NCBI GenBank assembly: GCA_918797485.1
Contig: CAKKNE010000002.1
Location: 2,728,001-2,792,000, forward strand
DNA: 64,000 nucleotides
Reading direction: 5' to 3'
From: Pelagomonas calceolata
Taxonomy: Eukaryota
Position 1 is the stretch's first letter. The number at the start of each line of letters is the position of its first letter. The position numbers and the translations under genes were made by a program. The notes under the pieces were generated by a model that was not told the DNA's origin, did no database searches, and worked only from the letters and a program-made list of their open reading frames with translations. Of this stretch, positions 1 to 9,290 are shown one piece after another.

Positions 1-1078
1 TGGGGGCGCTACGCTTCTTCGCGCGGAGCGCAGCCATATCGTCATCTGAGTCATCCTTACTAATGAAGTCGTCGTCGCGTTGTTTCCGTACAACCTTCTT
101 TTTAATAGGAGGCTTCTTCTTTGTTTTAGTGTGAACGTCGCCGCCGCTCCGCTGCTCCTTGGGCTTAGAGTGTTCCTCGATGGCCTCGGCCAAAGCTTTG
201 GGGAAGGCCTTCTCGTACTTCTTGGGCTTGAAATGACTGGCGTTCTTGTCGTAGCCCCGTCGCAGACCTTCCTCCCACGGCACAATACTACTCAGGGGTT
301 CATAAGCGAACCTTTCGCTCGCGTCCATCGCGTAAAACAAGCAGACGTGCTTTTTGCCGAGGTACTTCATGGCCGACGTGTTGATGTTGCCCTTGGTCCA
401 GCGCGGGTCGTAGATAATGGACGGCCAATGCTCAAATCCTTGCGATTCGACCCACGCGACGTCGGCATATCTATCTTTCCACTCGCTCGGTACTTTCTCG
501 AACTTGTGATCATCCTTGTGGGGCTCCTTCTCGCGCCGTGCGATTTCTTCGTCATCTAGGGATTCGTCGTCATCGTCCTCTTCTTCGTCGTCCTCGTCCT
601 CGGGTTCCTCTTCTATCACTCTCTTGGGCTTGGGCTTGGGTTTCGGTTTCGGTTTCGGAGCCTTGGGGGCCTTGGGGGCCTTGGGCTTCTCCTCCTCCTT
701 GGGCTTGCCGTCGTCTTGCAACGCCGTCGCCACGAGCAGCATCTCCGTCTTCATGAGGTCCTTGTATTGCTTTTTCAAAGTCGCGTCGCCGTCGTCGCCC
801 AGTGCCATGCGCCGGACGACGGTCTTCCGGACCATCTTGAGAGTGAGCGTGCCGGTCTGCGCCGCCTCCCTCAAGGCGGAGTCCTCTTTGATTGCCGAGG
901 CCGTAGCGGCCTTCACGGAGGCGTCGGTGAGGGGCTCCGGCGCCTTGGCGGGCTTGGCTTTTTTGGGGATCTTGGCCGGCGGCGCGGCCGGTGCCGGCGC
1001 CGGTGCGGCGGGCGGCTCGCTCGCCGGTGCCGGTGCGGCGGCACTCGCGGCCGGTGCGGGCGGGGCGGCGTCGGCCAT
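1..1078 (-). CDS. PWWP-domain chromatin protein with DEK-C-like region (3' end runs off the window)
   Basis: Not in the ORF track because there is no stop in the window. ATG at 1078 opens MADAAPPAP...TLTLKMVRKTVVRRM (DEK-C-like)...DVAWVESQGFEHWPSIIYDP...HVCLFY (PWWP-like), with K/E/D-rich tracts; frame open to position 2. Confidence 0.75.
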   Translation of the reverse strand, partial: MADAAPPAPAASAAAPAPASEPPAAPAPAPAAPPAKIPKKAKPAKAPEPLTDASVKAATASAIKEDSALREAAQTGTLTLKMVRKTVVRRMALGDDGDATLKKQYKDLMKTEMLLVATALQDDGKPKEEEKPKAPKAPKAPKPKPKPKPKPKRVIEEEPEDEDDEEEDDDDESLDDEEIARREKEPHKDDHKFEKVPSEWKDRYADVAWVESQGFEHWPSIIYDPRWTKGNINTSAMKYLGKKHVCLFYAMDASERFAYEPLSSIVPWEEGLRRGYDKNASHFKPKKYEKAFPKALAEAIEEHSKPKEQRSGGDVHTKTKKKPPIKKKVVRKQRDDDFISKDDSDDDMAALRAKKRSAP

Positions 1079-1306
1079 GGCTCGTAAAGGGAAAACGCCG
1101 GCGCGGCACGCGACGACGCTGCGCCGGGTGCTGCCTCTCGCGCGCGCCTCGAGGCTGGAGGCAGGGCTTACCAGTCACACCTGCACGCAGCGATGGTGGC
1201 TGGACAGGGAGTAAAGGCTGCGAGTGAGTCCTGAAACGCACCAGCCGGCTCTGTAAAGCTGAACAGTGCCCACAAAAGCGGCAGCGATGTCGATGCTCGG
1301 GTGAGA

Positions 1307-1326
1307 GCTAGCTGCAAGGCACTAGC
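1307..1326 (+). promoter_or_regulatory. CTAG bipartite motif copy (short spacer)
   Basis: gctagctgcaaggcactagc, ~230 bp upstream of the ATG at 1078(-). Confidence 0.5.
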
Positions 1327-1378
1327 GAACGCGACGTAACTAGCCTCAGCCCTCAGGAACCTCCCAGGGGCTCCGCCC

Positions 1379-1459
1379 ACTCCTAGCACCGTAACAATAA
1401 GAGATTACGCGACGGAACCAGGGAGCCTGAGCCCGACGACTCCCAGCACCGTAACAATA
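1379..1459. repeat. 21-bp direct repeat, 60-bp period
   Basis: actcc(t/c)agcaccgtaacaata at 1379-1399 and 1439-1459. Confidence 0.8.
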
Positions 1460-1522
1460 GGCGGCCTAGCTCGTAAGGAAGGAACAATCCTCGGGGAACG
1501 ACTTACGCGAGAAAAAAAACAC

Positions 1523-2227
1523 TCATCGCCGCAGCGCCGCGGGATCCACCGAATAGTCCTCGAGCATCGTCTTCTTCTGGGCGTCTTTGAGCGCGTCCTC
1601 GAGGATGTTGACCTGTGTGGAAATCAAAATTTTACGGCGCGTTCGTGCAGAATCGTCGCGTCGTCCTCCGCGCGATGGAGCCAGCACGGCCGCGTCATCG
1701 CCGAGAAATGACTTCGTGACTATTCATTGGGTGCACCCGACACACTGGTCGATTACCATCATGTACAGATCAAAGTCCGCCAACATCTCCGTGAACTGGT
1801 CGTAGACCTCCTTCTGCTTGTCGTCCAGCGTATACCCGCCCCGCAGGATCTCCTTGGTCTCGGCCGAGAGGTCCCGCGTCCCGGACTCGATCGCTCGCCT
1901 CCCATCGCGCGTCGCGGGCCGTTGCGGCGTCTTCGGTCGCCTGGCACCGGCGGACTTCGGTCGTCGCTTGATGTCCACCTCCGGCCGGAAGGTCTTCCGC
2001 TTCATCGTCCGCGGCGTTCGGCAGTCCACGAGGCAGGGCGTCTTTCCCGTCCCGATGTCGGCCAAGCGCTGCGCGTGGCACGCGTACCCGTACTCGCTCA
2101 CGACCGCCGAAATCGGTAAATCCTTCCAGTTCTGCCGCAACAACGTAAGCTCCCGCTCGACGTCGTGCTCCGGCATCTTCAGGGTCCCGTAGTGCTTGGG
2201 CATGCGCGGGATGTTGTAGTCGGCCAT
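1523..2227 (-). CDS. Hypothetical protein, 2 exons (2227-1757, 1612-1523)
   Basis: Removing GT..AG intron 1756-1613 joins ...DFDLYMM|VNILEDALKDAQKKTMLEDYSVDPAALRR* in frame. Confidence 0.7.
1613..1756 (-). mobile_element. Introner-like spliceosomal intron (144 bp)
   Basis: On the gene strand GTAATCGACCAGTGTGTCGGGTGCACCC...AAAATTTTGATTTCCACACAG; shares the TGCACCCGAC(A/T)CACTGG block and the CACACAG end with other introns in the window. Confidence 0.8.
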
Positions 2228-2515
2228 GCTGGCTGCTGCTTCTCCGCACCGCGGGCAGCTCCTCCGATGTGTGTCGGGCCGCGCGCGGGGCGCGGGCTGC
2301 TTTTGCGCGCGGGAGATGGCGCACTCCCCGCGTGATGCGCTATGCTCTCCGGGCGTTGAGGGGGGGGGGTCCGAGCGCCCACGCCGGAGGGCTCAGGACG
2401 ACCCACCCGCCCTCACCATAGGCATCCCCCGCGCTCGAGCCCCTAGTCCGGGCCGGCCGCTTTTTGTCGAGTAGGTGTACTCACCATCACATTACACAGC
2501 TATCCCGTCAACGCG

Positions 2516-3364
2516 TCAAAAACCGCCAAGAAACGCGGCGACGCCCGCGACGGCGTCGGGCTGGTGCCGGATGCGCGCGGCGACCTCGGGCGCGACGACG
2601 GCCGCGGCCGCGACGTGCGGGCAGCCCTCCCTCACAAACAACTCCCAGCCGCACCTGCCGGGGCAGTTGACGGGCTGGCCGACGAAGCCCCGGTACGATG
2701 TTGAAGGGAATGGCCGCGGCACAACATCTGAAACGAGGCGGCCGCCCTTCGCCGCCGCCGAGTGGTGGCACAGACTGGCGCAGAGCGGTCTCAGATAAGT
2801 CTCGAGGAAGACCATGTCGTCTCCATATTTATCAGTGGAATGCGACGCGGCGAAGGCCCGCATCTGCGCGTAGAGGTCTGGCAACGGCGGCTGCCCGTCG
2901 AGCGACCGCGCGCCCCAGGCGCCGCCCAGGATGCCCGCCTCCGGATCGTGCGGCGCCTCGTGCATGGCGTGGAACTTTTTCTCTGAAGAAAGCCATTCAA
3001 ACACGGCGGCCGCGTCGCGCGGATTGAGCCTCGAGTCGACGTCGCGCACGATCACCGCGGACACGCCCGGCTCGCATGCCGGCAGAAAACGCATCATTTG
3101 GAGCCGCCGGCCGCCGAACATGCCCGTACAGCGTCGTATTGTAGCGCCGGCGCTTTCCAGCGCGTCGATCGTTTCTGTAGAAACGCCGTCGCCTACATAA
3201 AAGACGCAGGCCCAGCCGGGGAAGAGCGCCTTCGCCAGGTGCGCGTTCTGGACCGCGCCCTCTCCATAAATCGTTTTATCTCCGAAGAGGCAAAAACTAA
3301 TGATCCTCGTCCCGCACGGCGCCGCCTCGGGCGGTGACGCGGGCCACGCGGCGAACGCGGCCAT
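2516..3364 (-). CDS. Uncharacterised putative glycosyltransferase-like (DxD) protein
   Basis: 282-aa ORF with IISFCLFG, FPGWxCVFYV, MMRFLP, IVRDVDSRL, EWLSSxKxFHxM, ILGGAWG and DDMVFL motifs. Confidence 0.65.
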   Translation of the reverse strand: MAAFAAWPASPPEAAPCGTRIISFCLFGDKTIYGEGAVQNAHLAKALFPGWACVFYVGDGVSTETIDALESAGATIRRCTGMFGGRRLQMMRFLPACEPGVSAVIVRDVDSRLNPRDAAAVFEWLSSEKKFHAMHEAPHDPEAGILGGAWGARSLDGQPPLPDLYAQMRAFAASHSTDKYGDDMVFLETYLRPLCASLCHHSAAAKGGRLVSDVVPRPFPSTSYRGFVGQPVNCPGRCGWELFVREGCPHVAAAAVVAPEVAARIRHQPDAVAGVAAFLGGF

Positions 3365-3743
3365 GGCCTGCGCGGATGATGTGCGGACCGTATACTTCGC
3401 TGCCGCGTTGACTCGTCGCGGGGAAACCTGAGCGGCCCGGCCCCCGCGGCGTCGCGCCGGGGGGCGGTCGGTGGCTCTCGGGAAACCTGCTCGCGCGCGC
3501 CGCGCCGGTAAGCCGCGGCGGCGCTGGAATTCTTATTTTTTGGCCCCTTTGATTTGAGTTGGCGCTGGACCGCACCGATGCGCAACTCCTGTGAGAGCAG
3601 GTGGCACAGCTGTACACTTGTGCACGGGTAGCCGCGGTATTTGTCGTAGCAGTGGCTCCGTATGCAATATTCCGCTATATTTAGCGAGCGAGGAGCACAG
3701 ATTACTGCAAGACGCGCGTGTTTGGCCGCTGGCTACCCCTGAA

Positions 3744-3766
3744 GCTAGCGTCCGGTAAGACACTAG
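3744..3766 (+). promoter_or_regulatory. CTAG bipartite motif copy
   Basis: gctagcgtccggtaagacactag between divergent starts 3364(-) and 3885(+). Confidence 0.7.
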
Positions 3767-3884
3767 GCATCCCATGGCAGCCGCAAGTAAGCAAGCAAAC
3801 AGCACGCTAGGCTGCGATTGCAAGCCTAGAAGCTGGCGGGGACAGTGCATATATAGTGCAGATACCGGCCAGTGCATCGGAAGC

Positions 3885-4175
3885 ATGCGTCACTTGTGCC
3901 TCGTTGCTGTGTGGGTAGCAGCTCTCCAGCACTTGTGTGTGACAGCTCTCCACCAGCAGCAAAGGAGAGCAACCCCTGCCGCATCTGTGGACCAGTCGCG
4001 CCGCCGGTTCGCACAAGCCGCCGCGAGTTCATTAGTCGCAACCGCGCCCCGAGCCGCGAGCGCGGCGAACGAGACGCAACCTGAGTTCGACGCCGCCGCG
4101 TACTTCGGCATCTTCAGCTGCGAGGGCTGGGGCCAGAAGCGCATGCCCGGGTCGAACACGTGCATGCCCAAGTGA
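3885..4175 (+). CDS. Small putative plastid/thylakoid-lumen protein
   Basis: Signal-like N-terminus MRHLCLVAVWVAAL, then twin-Arg SRRRF, a hydrophobic stretch and AxA (ASA-ANE), then a short mature domain with 2 Cys. Confidence 0.5.
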   Translation: MRHLCLVAVWVAALQHLCVTALHQQQRRATPAASVDQSRRRFAQAAASSLVATAPRAASAANETQPEFDAAAYFGIFSCEGWGQKRMPGSNTCMPK

Positions 4176-4328
4176 GTCGGCGCGTCGTCGGTCGGTCGCG
4201 CGTCGTGGACGCGCGAGACGGCGCTCCGGCGCCGCGCGATGAGCGCTCGAGTAAGAACTATTCATGTCTCAATGGACCGCTCTTTCCTAGTGAGCCTGGA
4301 TACCACCAGGCGGCGTCGACCGCTGGCC

Positions 4329-4352
4329 GCTAGCGTACTGTAAGGCACTAGC
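4329..4352 (+). promoter_or_regulatory. CTAG bipartite motif copy
   Basis: gctagcgtactgtaaggcactagc upstream of the ATG at 4493(+). Confidence 0.7.
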
Positions 4353-4492
4353 AAGCCGGGCAGGCTGGCGTTCGGCAGCTTTTTGCAGGCGTCTGAGACT
4401 CACCGATCAAAATCGACGTACAGGCAGCATCCATGCGCCATGCAACTGCAAAATCCAATGATTCGGGCTGCCCTGGCTGCTCACAATAACAC

Positions 4493-5251
4493 ATGATGAG
4501 GGCAGCCCTCCTGGCGTGCAGCGCCGCCGCCGCAGTACGCATCAATTGCACCGTCGCCGTGCCGCAGCGCATCCGCGCGGGCGACCGCGTCGCGGCACGC
4601 GTCGACGTCGCCGTCGCGGGCGCCGCGGCCGAGAGCCTCGTCGTCGAGCTACGCGCCGCGGGGCCAGTCACCTTCGGCCCCGGTGCGCCGGGCCTCGATC
4701 CGCCGGGCGACGCTGGTGATGATGATGTCATCTACGCCGTGCGCGGCGAGCGGAGGCGCCGCTGGCTCGTGCGCCTCGGCGCGCGGCGGCGGCGCGCCGT
4801 GTGGGCACTGTTCGCCGCCGAACGCCCGGACGCCGTTACGCTCCGCGCGCGCGCGGCGCTCGGCGGCGCGACGGCCACGTGCGAGGCGCCCGTCTCCGTC
4901 GTCGCCGCGGCGCCGCGCGCTGCGGGCTGCCTCGCGCCAGTGAGTGCCGCGCTCGACGCCCGGGCCCTCGTCGTCGGCGAAGCTACGCGACTACGCGCCC
5001 CGGCCCTATCAAGAGTGCCGCTGCCGGCGGGCCTCTCGCTCCTCCGCGGCGGCCGCGTCGACGCGAGCGGTGTTATATTTGTCGACGGCGGCGGCGCCGC
5101 AGACGTCGTCGCCGCGTGGCCAGGCTTCTTCCGCGCGCCTGACGGCTGCGCGAACGCGTCTGCGGGCCTCCGGGTCGCCGTCGGTACCGGTCGCGGGGCG
5201 GACGGGAGGCTCCGGCTCGGCGACGTCTCGTGGGACTACTCCTCCTTGTAA
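4493..5251 (+). CDS. Hypothetical secreted protein
   Basis: 252-aa ORF, signal-like MMRAALLACSAAAAV, GC3-rich codons; no family recognised. Confidence 0.5.
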   Translation: MMRAALLACSAAAAVRINCTVAVPQRIRAGDRVAARVDVAVAGAAAESLVVELRAAGPVTFGPGAPGLDPPGDAGDDDVIYAVRGERRRRWLVRLGARRRRAVWALFAAERPDAVTLRARAALGGATATCEAPVSVVAAAPRAAGCLAPVSAALDARALVVGEATRLRAPALSRVPLPAGLSLLRGGRVDASGVIFVDGGGAADVVAAWPGFFRAPDGCANASAGLRVAVGTGRGADGRLRLGDVSWDYSSL

Positions 5252-5275
5252 GTGTATGTGCTGCTTAGTCCCCGG

Positions 5276-5491
5276 TCAGTCGTCGTCCTCCAGGAACATG
5301 GCGCGGTAGATGTCGTCCTTCGTGCCTCTTTTGGACGCGATGATACGGAAGCCTTCGCCGGCGCGCGACTGGTCCAGAGACGCAATATTCTCGTCCTCGC
5401 ATAGGGCTCTATTGTCCTCGAACTGTGAGAGGAAAGCGTCGACGATGAACGCGACGATGAGCCCCTCCTTGACGATGAGGATGCCGACGAT
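5276..5491 (-). pseudogene. Orphan terminal exon resembling an ion-channel (two-pore/voltage-gated type) S6 plus C-tail
   Basis: After acceptor ttcccccccccgcgcAG: IVGILIVKEGLIVAFIVDAFLSQF...FRIIASKRGTKDDIYRAMFLEDDD*. Coding-like codon usage; no upstream exons found. Confidence 0.5.
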
Positions 5492-5545
5492 CTGCGCGGG
5501 GGGGGGAACATCCAAAAAATGCCACTAGTTGATTTCAACACTAAG

Positions 5546-6072
5546 CTCGTCGCCGACGTGGACTGCACGGCGGCCGGCGACAAGCTCTGCGAGACGCACG
5601 GCATCAAGGGCTTCCCGACGATCAAGTGGGGTGACCCGAACGGCGAGCTCGAGGCGTACGAAGGCGGCCGCGACGAGGAGTCGCTCATGAAGTTCGCGAC
5701 GGAGAACCTGGGCCCGGTACGCCCCCGCGCATGATATCTGCTCGACGGCGCGCACTGACTCGCTGTTCGATTTCCACACAGGTCTGCTCGCCGGGCAACA
5801 TCGATGTCTGCGACGACGCGCAGAAGAAGTTGATTGCCAAGTACCAGGCCATGGACGCCGACGCCCTGACGAAGCTCATCGATGGGAAGGAGAAGGAGCT
5901 CGCCGACGCAGAAAAGGCGTTCAGCGACGCCGTCAGCGAGCTCCAGGCAACCTACGAGAAGCTCAGTAAGGAAAAGGACGAGACGAAGGAGCGGATCAAC
6001 GACGACGACTTCAAGTTCGCGAAGGCCGTGAAGAAGGCGGCGGTCAAGGCCTCCGCGACCGACGAGCTCTAA
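5546..6072 (+). CDS. Thioredoxin/PDI-like protein of the algal PDI-selenoprotein type, lacking its 5' exon (exons 5546-5716, 5782-6072)
   Basis: LVADVDCTAAG.KLC..HGIKGFPTIKWGDP...YEGGRD..SL.KFA.ENLGP|VCSPGNIDVCDD, a coiled coil and C-terminal TDEL. The WC/UGHC active site and signal peptide are absent; a SECIS-like hairpin follows. Confidence 0.75.
5717..5781 (+). mobile_element. Short introner-derived intron (65 bp)
   Basis: GTACGC...TTCGATTTCCACACAG; splicing joins GP|VC in frame. Confidence 0.8.
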
Positions 6073-6087
6073 AGAACTAACGGCATA

Positions 6088-6162
6088 CCGACGCCCGCGC
6101 AGCCCATGACGCGTCCTGCAGGCTCCCGTCTGCCGGACGCCGAAACCCGCCGCAACGGTCGG
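6088..6162 (+). other. Candidate SECIS element
   Basis: ATGAC-GCGTCC-T-GCAGGC-TCCC-GTCTGC-C-GGACGC-CGAA (6106-6144): AUGA/GA core, ~13-bp helix II, CC loop; outer ccgac/gtcgg pairing. Confidence 0.6.
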
Positions 6163-6271
6163 AGGACCGTCCTCGAGCGCTTTCATCTCGTGTCGAGGCC
6201 GTCCCCTCCGGTCCGCGCGGCACGCGTGCGCGTCGCCACTCCGTAATTCTGGCTCACAAAAACTACTAGTA

Positions 6272-7207
6272 TTAACAATTCGAGCACATCCCCACATATG
6301 CGTTCGTGCGGTCGATGCCGGGCGTATCTAGGTTGGATGGGTCCCACGCCAGCGGGTATACCGTCTGATTCGAGTGGCGGTCGAAGCGCGCCGCGTAGAC
6401 CTTGGTCGAGCCGTTCACCGGGAATCGCGCCGCCTTACAGAACCACTTGTCACAGGGATTGGTCAGCGTCTCGCCACCGCCCGCCGGTCGGCCCTCCCAG
6501 AAGCGCCATGAGACGCCGTCCCAGAGCTCGACCCAGTTGTGGTTGCCCTTCGTGGGGTCTCCGAGCCACGCCGGCGTGCCGACCAGCCTCGCCGGGATTC
6601 CGGCGACTCGCAGCGCGGCGATGTAGGTCGTAGACACCCCGGTACATGACGCATAGCCAAATGCAACCGTGGACACGGGGTCATAGATGAGGGGTGTCTG
6701 GCCGCTATGAAACTTGACGCCGCCGACATTTTGCCAGACCGAACTGTTGCCGCCGTAGCCATTGATCGCCTCGGCCACGTCGGCAATAGAAGCGTGCCGG
6801 GGCAGCGCCTCGAGGATCGGCTCAACGGCCTTGGCCAGCAGGCCGTGCCAGTGCGTCCGCGGCTCGTTTGCGGAAGCATAGGGCAAGACGTAATCACGAA
6901 ATATGTCGCGTGGCACACCCCAAGCCCAGGGCCACCTCATTTTTGCGGTCAGCGTCGCGTTCGCGGCCACGGCCGCCACGCCGGCGTCGAGGCCGTCCAC
7001 GCCGCCGGGCGTCCCGAAGAGCGTCGCCACGTTTCGCAGGTCCGACGGCGGCGCGTTCTTCCGCAGCCACTTGAGCGCGTCCCGCTTTGCCGTGGAGAAC
7101 GGCTCGCAGCTCCCGTCGCCCCACGGTACGGTGTTCGCGGGGCAGGGCGTAGCGATGCGCACGGAGACGGCCGCGGCCGACGCCGCGAGAGGGATGAGGC
7201 AACGCAT
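6272..7207 (-). CDS. Secreted transglutaminase-like superfamily protein
   Basis: Signal peptide MRCLIPLAASAAAV; FRDYVLPY..NE; catalytic-type ASCTG, RVAGIPAR and GNHNWVELWD motifs. Confidence 0.8.
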   Translation of the reverse strand: MRCLIPLAASAAAVSVRIATPCPANTVPWGDGSCEPFSTAKRDALKWLRKNAPPSDLRNVATLFGTPGGVDGLDAGVAAVAANATLTAKMRWPWAWGVPRDIFRDYVLPYASANEPRTHWHGLLAKAVEPILEALPRHASIADVAEAINGYGGNSSVWQNVGGVKFHSGQTPLIYDPVSTVAFGYASCTGVSTTYIAALRVAGIPARLVGTPAWLGDPTKGNHNWVELWDGVSWRFWEGRPAGGGETLTNPCDKWFCKAARFPVNGSTKVYAARFDRHSNQTVYPLAWDPSNLDTPGIDRTNAYVGMCSNC

Positions 7208-7545
7208 CGATTGAGAATGCGCTGTATTTAATCTTGCAGCCAACGAACGACGCGATCTATGCGAGGAATGAGAGGCCTGGCGTGTCTGTGCGATTAGGAG
7301 CCGTGGCCTCGACTCACTAAGATTGCCTGGCTGTGCGCTGTGGGCCGTGCCTCGTCTCACGTGCGTTCACGCGTCGTCGACGATCTGTTTGAACGTTGTC
7401 GTGCCCGCAAGCCCTGTGCCACTGCGGCGCCGCTCACGGCTGGCAGAGTCTTTGGCCAAGGAGAGCACCACCACCATCTCTCCTCTGCTCGGCAAAAACG
7501 TCGCGAGACCTGCAAAAATCTCGCCAGCAGTCGCATCGCTCACAA

Positions 7546-8751
7546 ATGATGCCCCCAGCGCTCGGAGCCCTCTTAATTTGGACAGCCACTGCCTTGGTGC
7601 CACCAGCACCACACACGCAACGCCTGGAGCCGCTGAGCGCCACGCTCACGGTTTACAGTACGCTGGGCTGCCCGCACTGCCAGCGCTGCAAGAAGGCTTT
7701 GGACGCGGCGGGCCTCGCATACGACGTCGTCGACGTCGCCGACGCGGCCGCGCGCGCGGCGCTCGAGGCGCGCTGCGGCCTGCCGACGGTGCCGCAGGTC
7801 TACCTGGACGAGGAAAGAGTGGGCGGCGCCGACGATACCCTTAAAGCGCTCGCCGACGGCTGGCTGCTCGAGCGCGACATTCCGCGCGTCGAGCCGAAAC
7901 GAGTCGAGAAGACGGAGGAGGCCGTCATTTTTATCGAAGCGCCGCCGGGAGGGCCGCTCAACGCGCCTGTGGCCGGACGCGCCGTGGAGCCGCTCGAGGG
8001 CGACGTCGCCGCGCGGCTCCAGCGGTCGGCGCTCGAGCTCATCGACGCGCACGTCACGCTGGACGGCATCGACTACGCCTCCCTGAAGACGTCGCGCCAG
8101 TTCCAGAACTTTGTGGACATCGCGCGCCGGCTGCCGGATATTGACGGTGCGAGCGTTGGCGACGCCTTCTGGATAAATCTCTACAACGCGATGGTGCTCC
8201 ACGCGACCGTGGTCCTGGGGTCGCCGGAAAACACGCCCGAGGCGCGCACCGATTTTTTCTCCGGGGCCACTGGCGCGACGTACGAAGTCGCGGGCCATGT
8301 TCTAAGCCTCGACGACGTCGAGCACGCGCTCCTGCGGCGGTCGCCCGCCGGCGACGCGCGGAGCTTTACGGAGGACGACCCGCGGCGCCGGACCTTCGCG
8401 CCGACGCTCGCTCGGAAATTCGACAACCGCATCCACTTCGCGCTGAACTGCGGGGCGTCGAGTTGCCCGCCGGTCAAGCTGTTCCGGGACGAGAGCCTCG
8501 ACGAGGACCTGGCTGCCGCGGCGCGGGCGTTCGTCGGGTCCGAGGTCAGCGTTTCTGGGAGCACGGTCACGGCCTCCAAGCTCTTCCTGTGGTATGGTGG
8601 TGATTTCGGCGAGGACGTGCCTCGTGCGATCGCGGCGCTCGGCGCCGGGACGCCGAGCGGCGACGCCGTGGCGGGCCTGCTCGAGGATGAGAATGTGGAG
8701 CTCGCGTTCGCGGACTACGACTGGTCGCCGAACGACGCTTCGTCTGTGTAG
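7546..8751 (+). CDS. Glutaredoxin + DUF547 protein, likely plastid-targeted
   Basis: GCPHC, TVPQVY and VGGAD (glutaredoxin); AFWINLYN, SLDDVEH, RIHFALNCGASSCP and SKLFLWYGGDF (DUF547). Confidence 0.85.
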   Translation: MMPPALGALLIWTATALVPPAPHTQRLEPLSATLTVYSTLGCPHCQRCKKALDAAGLAYDVVDVADAAARAALEARCGLPTVPQVYLDEERVGGADDTLKALADGWLLERDIPRVEPKRVEKTEEAVIFIEAPPGGPLNAPVAGRAVEPLEGDVAARLQRSALELIDAHVTLDGIDYASLKTSRQFQNFVDIARRLPDIDGASVGDAFWINLYNAMVLHATVVLGSPENTPEARTDFFSGATGATYEVAGHVLSLDDVEHALLRRSPAGDARSFTEDDPRRRTFAPTLARKFDNRIHFALNCGASSCPPVKLFRDESLDEDLAAAARAFVGSEVSVSGSTVTASKLFLWYGGDFGEDVPRAIAALGAGTPSGDAVAGLLEDENVELAFADYDWSPNDASSV

Positions 8752-8781
8752 TAAGAGTGATGTTATTAATCCCCCTCGTCA

Positions 8782-9290
8782 TCACGTGAAGTAGGCGCGC
8801 ACGTAGAGTCTGCGCCCGTCCAGCTCGGTGCCATTGAGGTCTTGGATTGCGGCGGTCGCAGAAGCTGCTGAGTAGAATTGGACGACCGCCGAGCCCGTGG
8901 GTACCGTTCCATTGTATCCACGCATGAGGAGCTCCACAGACGCGACCTCGCCGACGGACGAGCAATGCTCGCGCAGGAGGTAGTCCCCCTGCCCCGCGTC
9001 GGGGAGGTTCGTCACAAAAATTTTCGTGGGGTCTACAGTCTTGCCCGCCGGCGGGCCGCGGGCGCGAGCTTTCCGGGGCCGAGCGGACTTCTGGCCCTTG
9101 TCCACGCGGACCCGGAGCTCGCGCCCGTCGAGCGTTATCCCGTCGCAGGATTCCGCCGCGGACGTCGCCTCCGCCTGTGTGGAAATCAATCAGTGAGTTA
9201 TGTTAGGCCGTCATGGGAACGGTGGGGTGCCTGAAATTTGATCTCCACACAGGCCTCACCGCCGTCGCGAACTCGTTGTCTCCGTGAACA
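8782..9290 (-). CDS. RRM RNA-binding protein, apparently 5'-truncated or frameshifted
   Basis: EFATA|AEATSAAESCDGITLDGRELRVRVD (half RRM) plus a full RRM KIFVTNLP...GSAVVQF..LNGTELDGRRLYV; the upstream ATG ORF (9516) is out of frame after splicing. Confidence 0.6.
9175..9259 (-). mobile_element. Introner intron with terminal inverted repeats (85 bp)
   Basis: CCTGTGTGGAAATCAA...TTGATCTCCACACAGG inverted ends; donor GTGAGG and acceptor CACAG on the minus strand. Confidence 0.85.

Noticed and set aside
4170..4180. AA|GTGAGT at the stop of the small 3885 gene as a donor splicing to the PDI acceptor at 5545
   Set aside because: Phase mismatch (phase 2 versus phase 0), and the exon lacks a thioredoxin active site.
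5519..5545. ATG 5519 (MPLVDFNTK) as the real PDI start
   Set aside because: The segment resembles an intron acceptor end, and the product would lack the signal peptide and active site despite having TDEL and a SECIS.
7270..7300. Possible CTAG motif in the 7207/7546 divergent spacer (also checked ~26140, 35320-35790, 37530-37870, 39560-39990, 50580-51100)
   Set aside because: Only weak or no matches; these promoter regions count as motif-negative exceptions.
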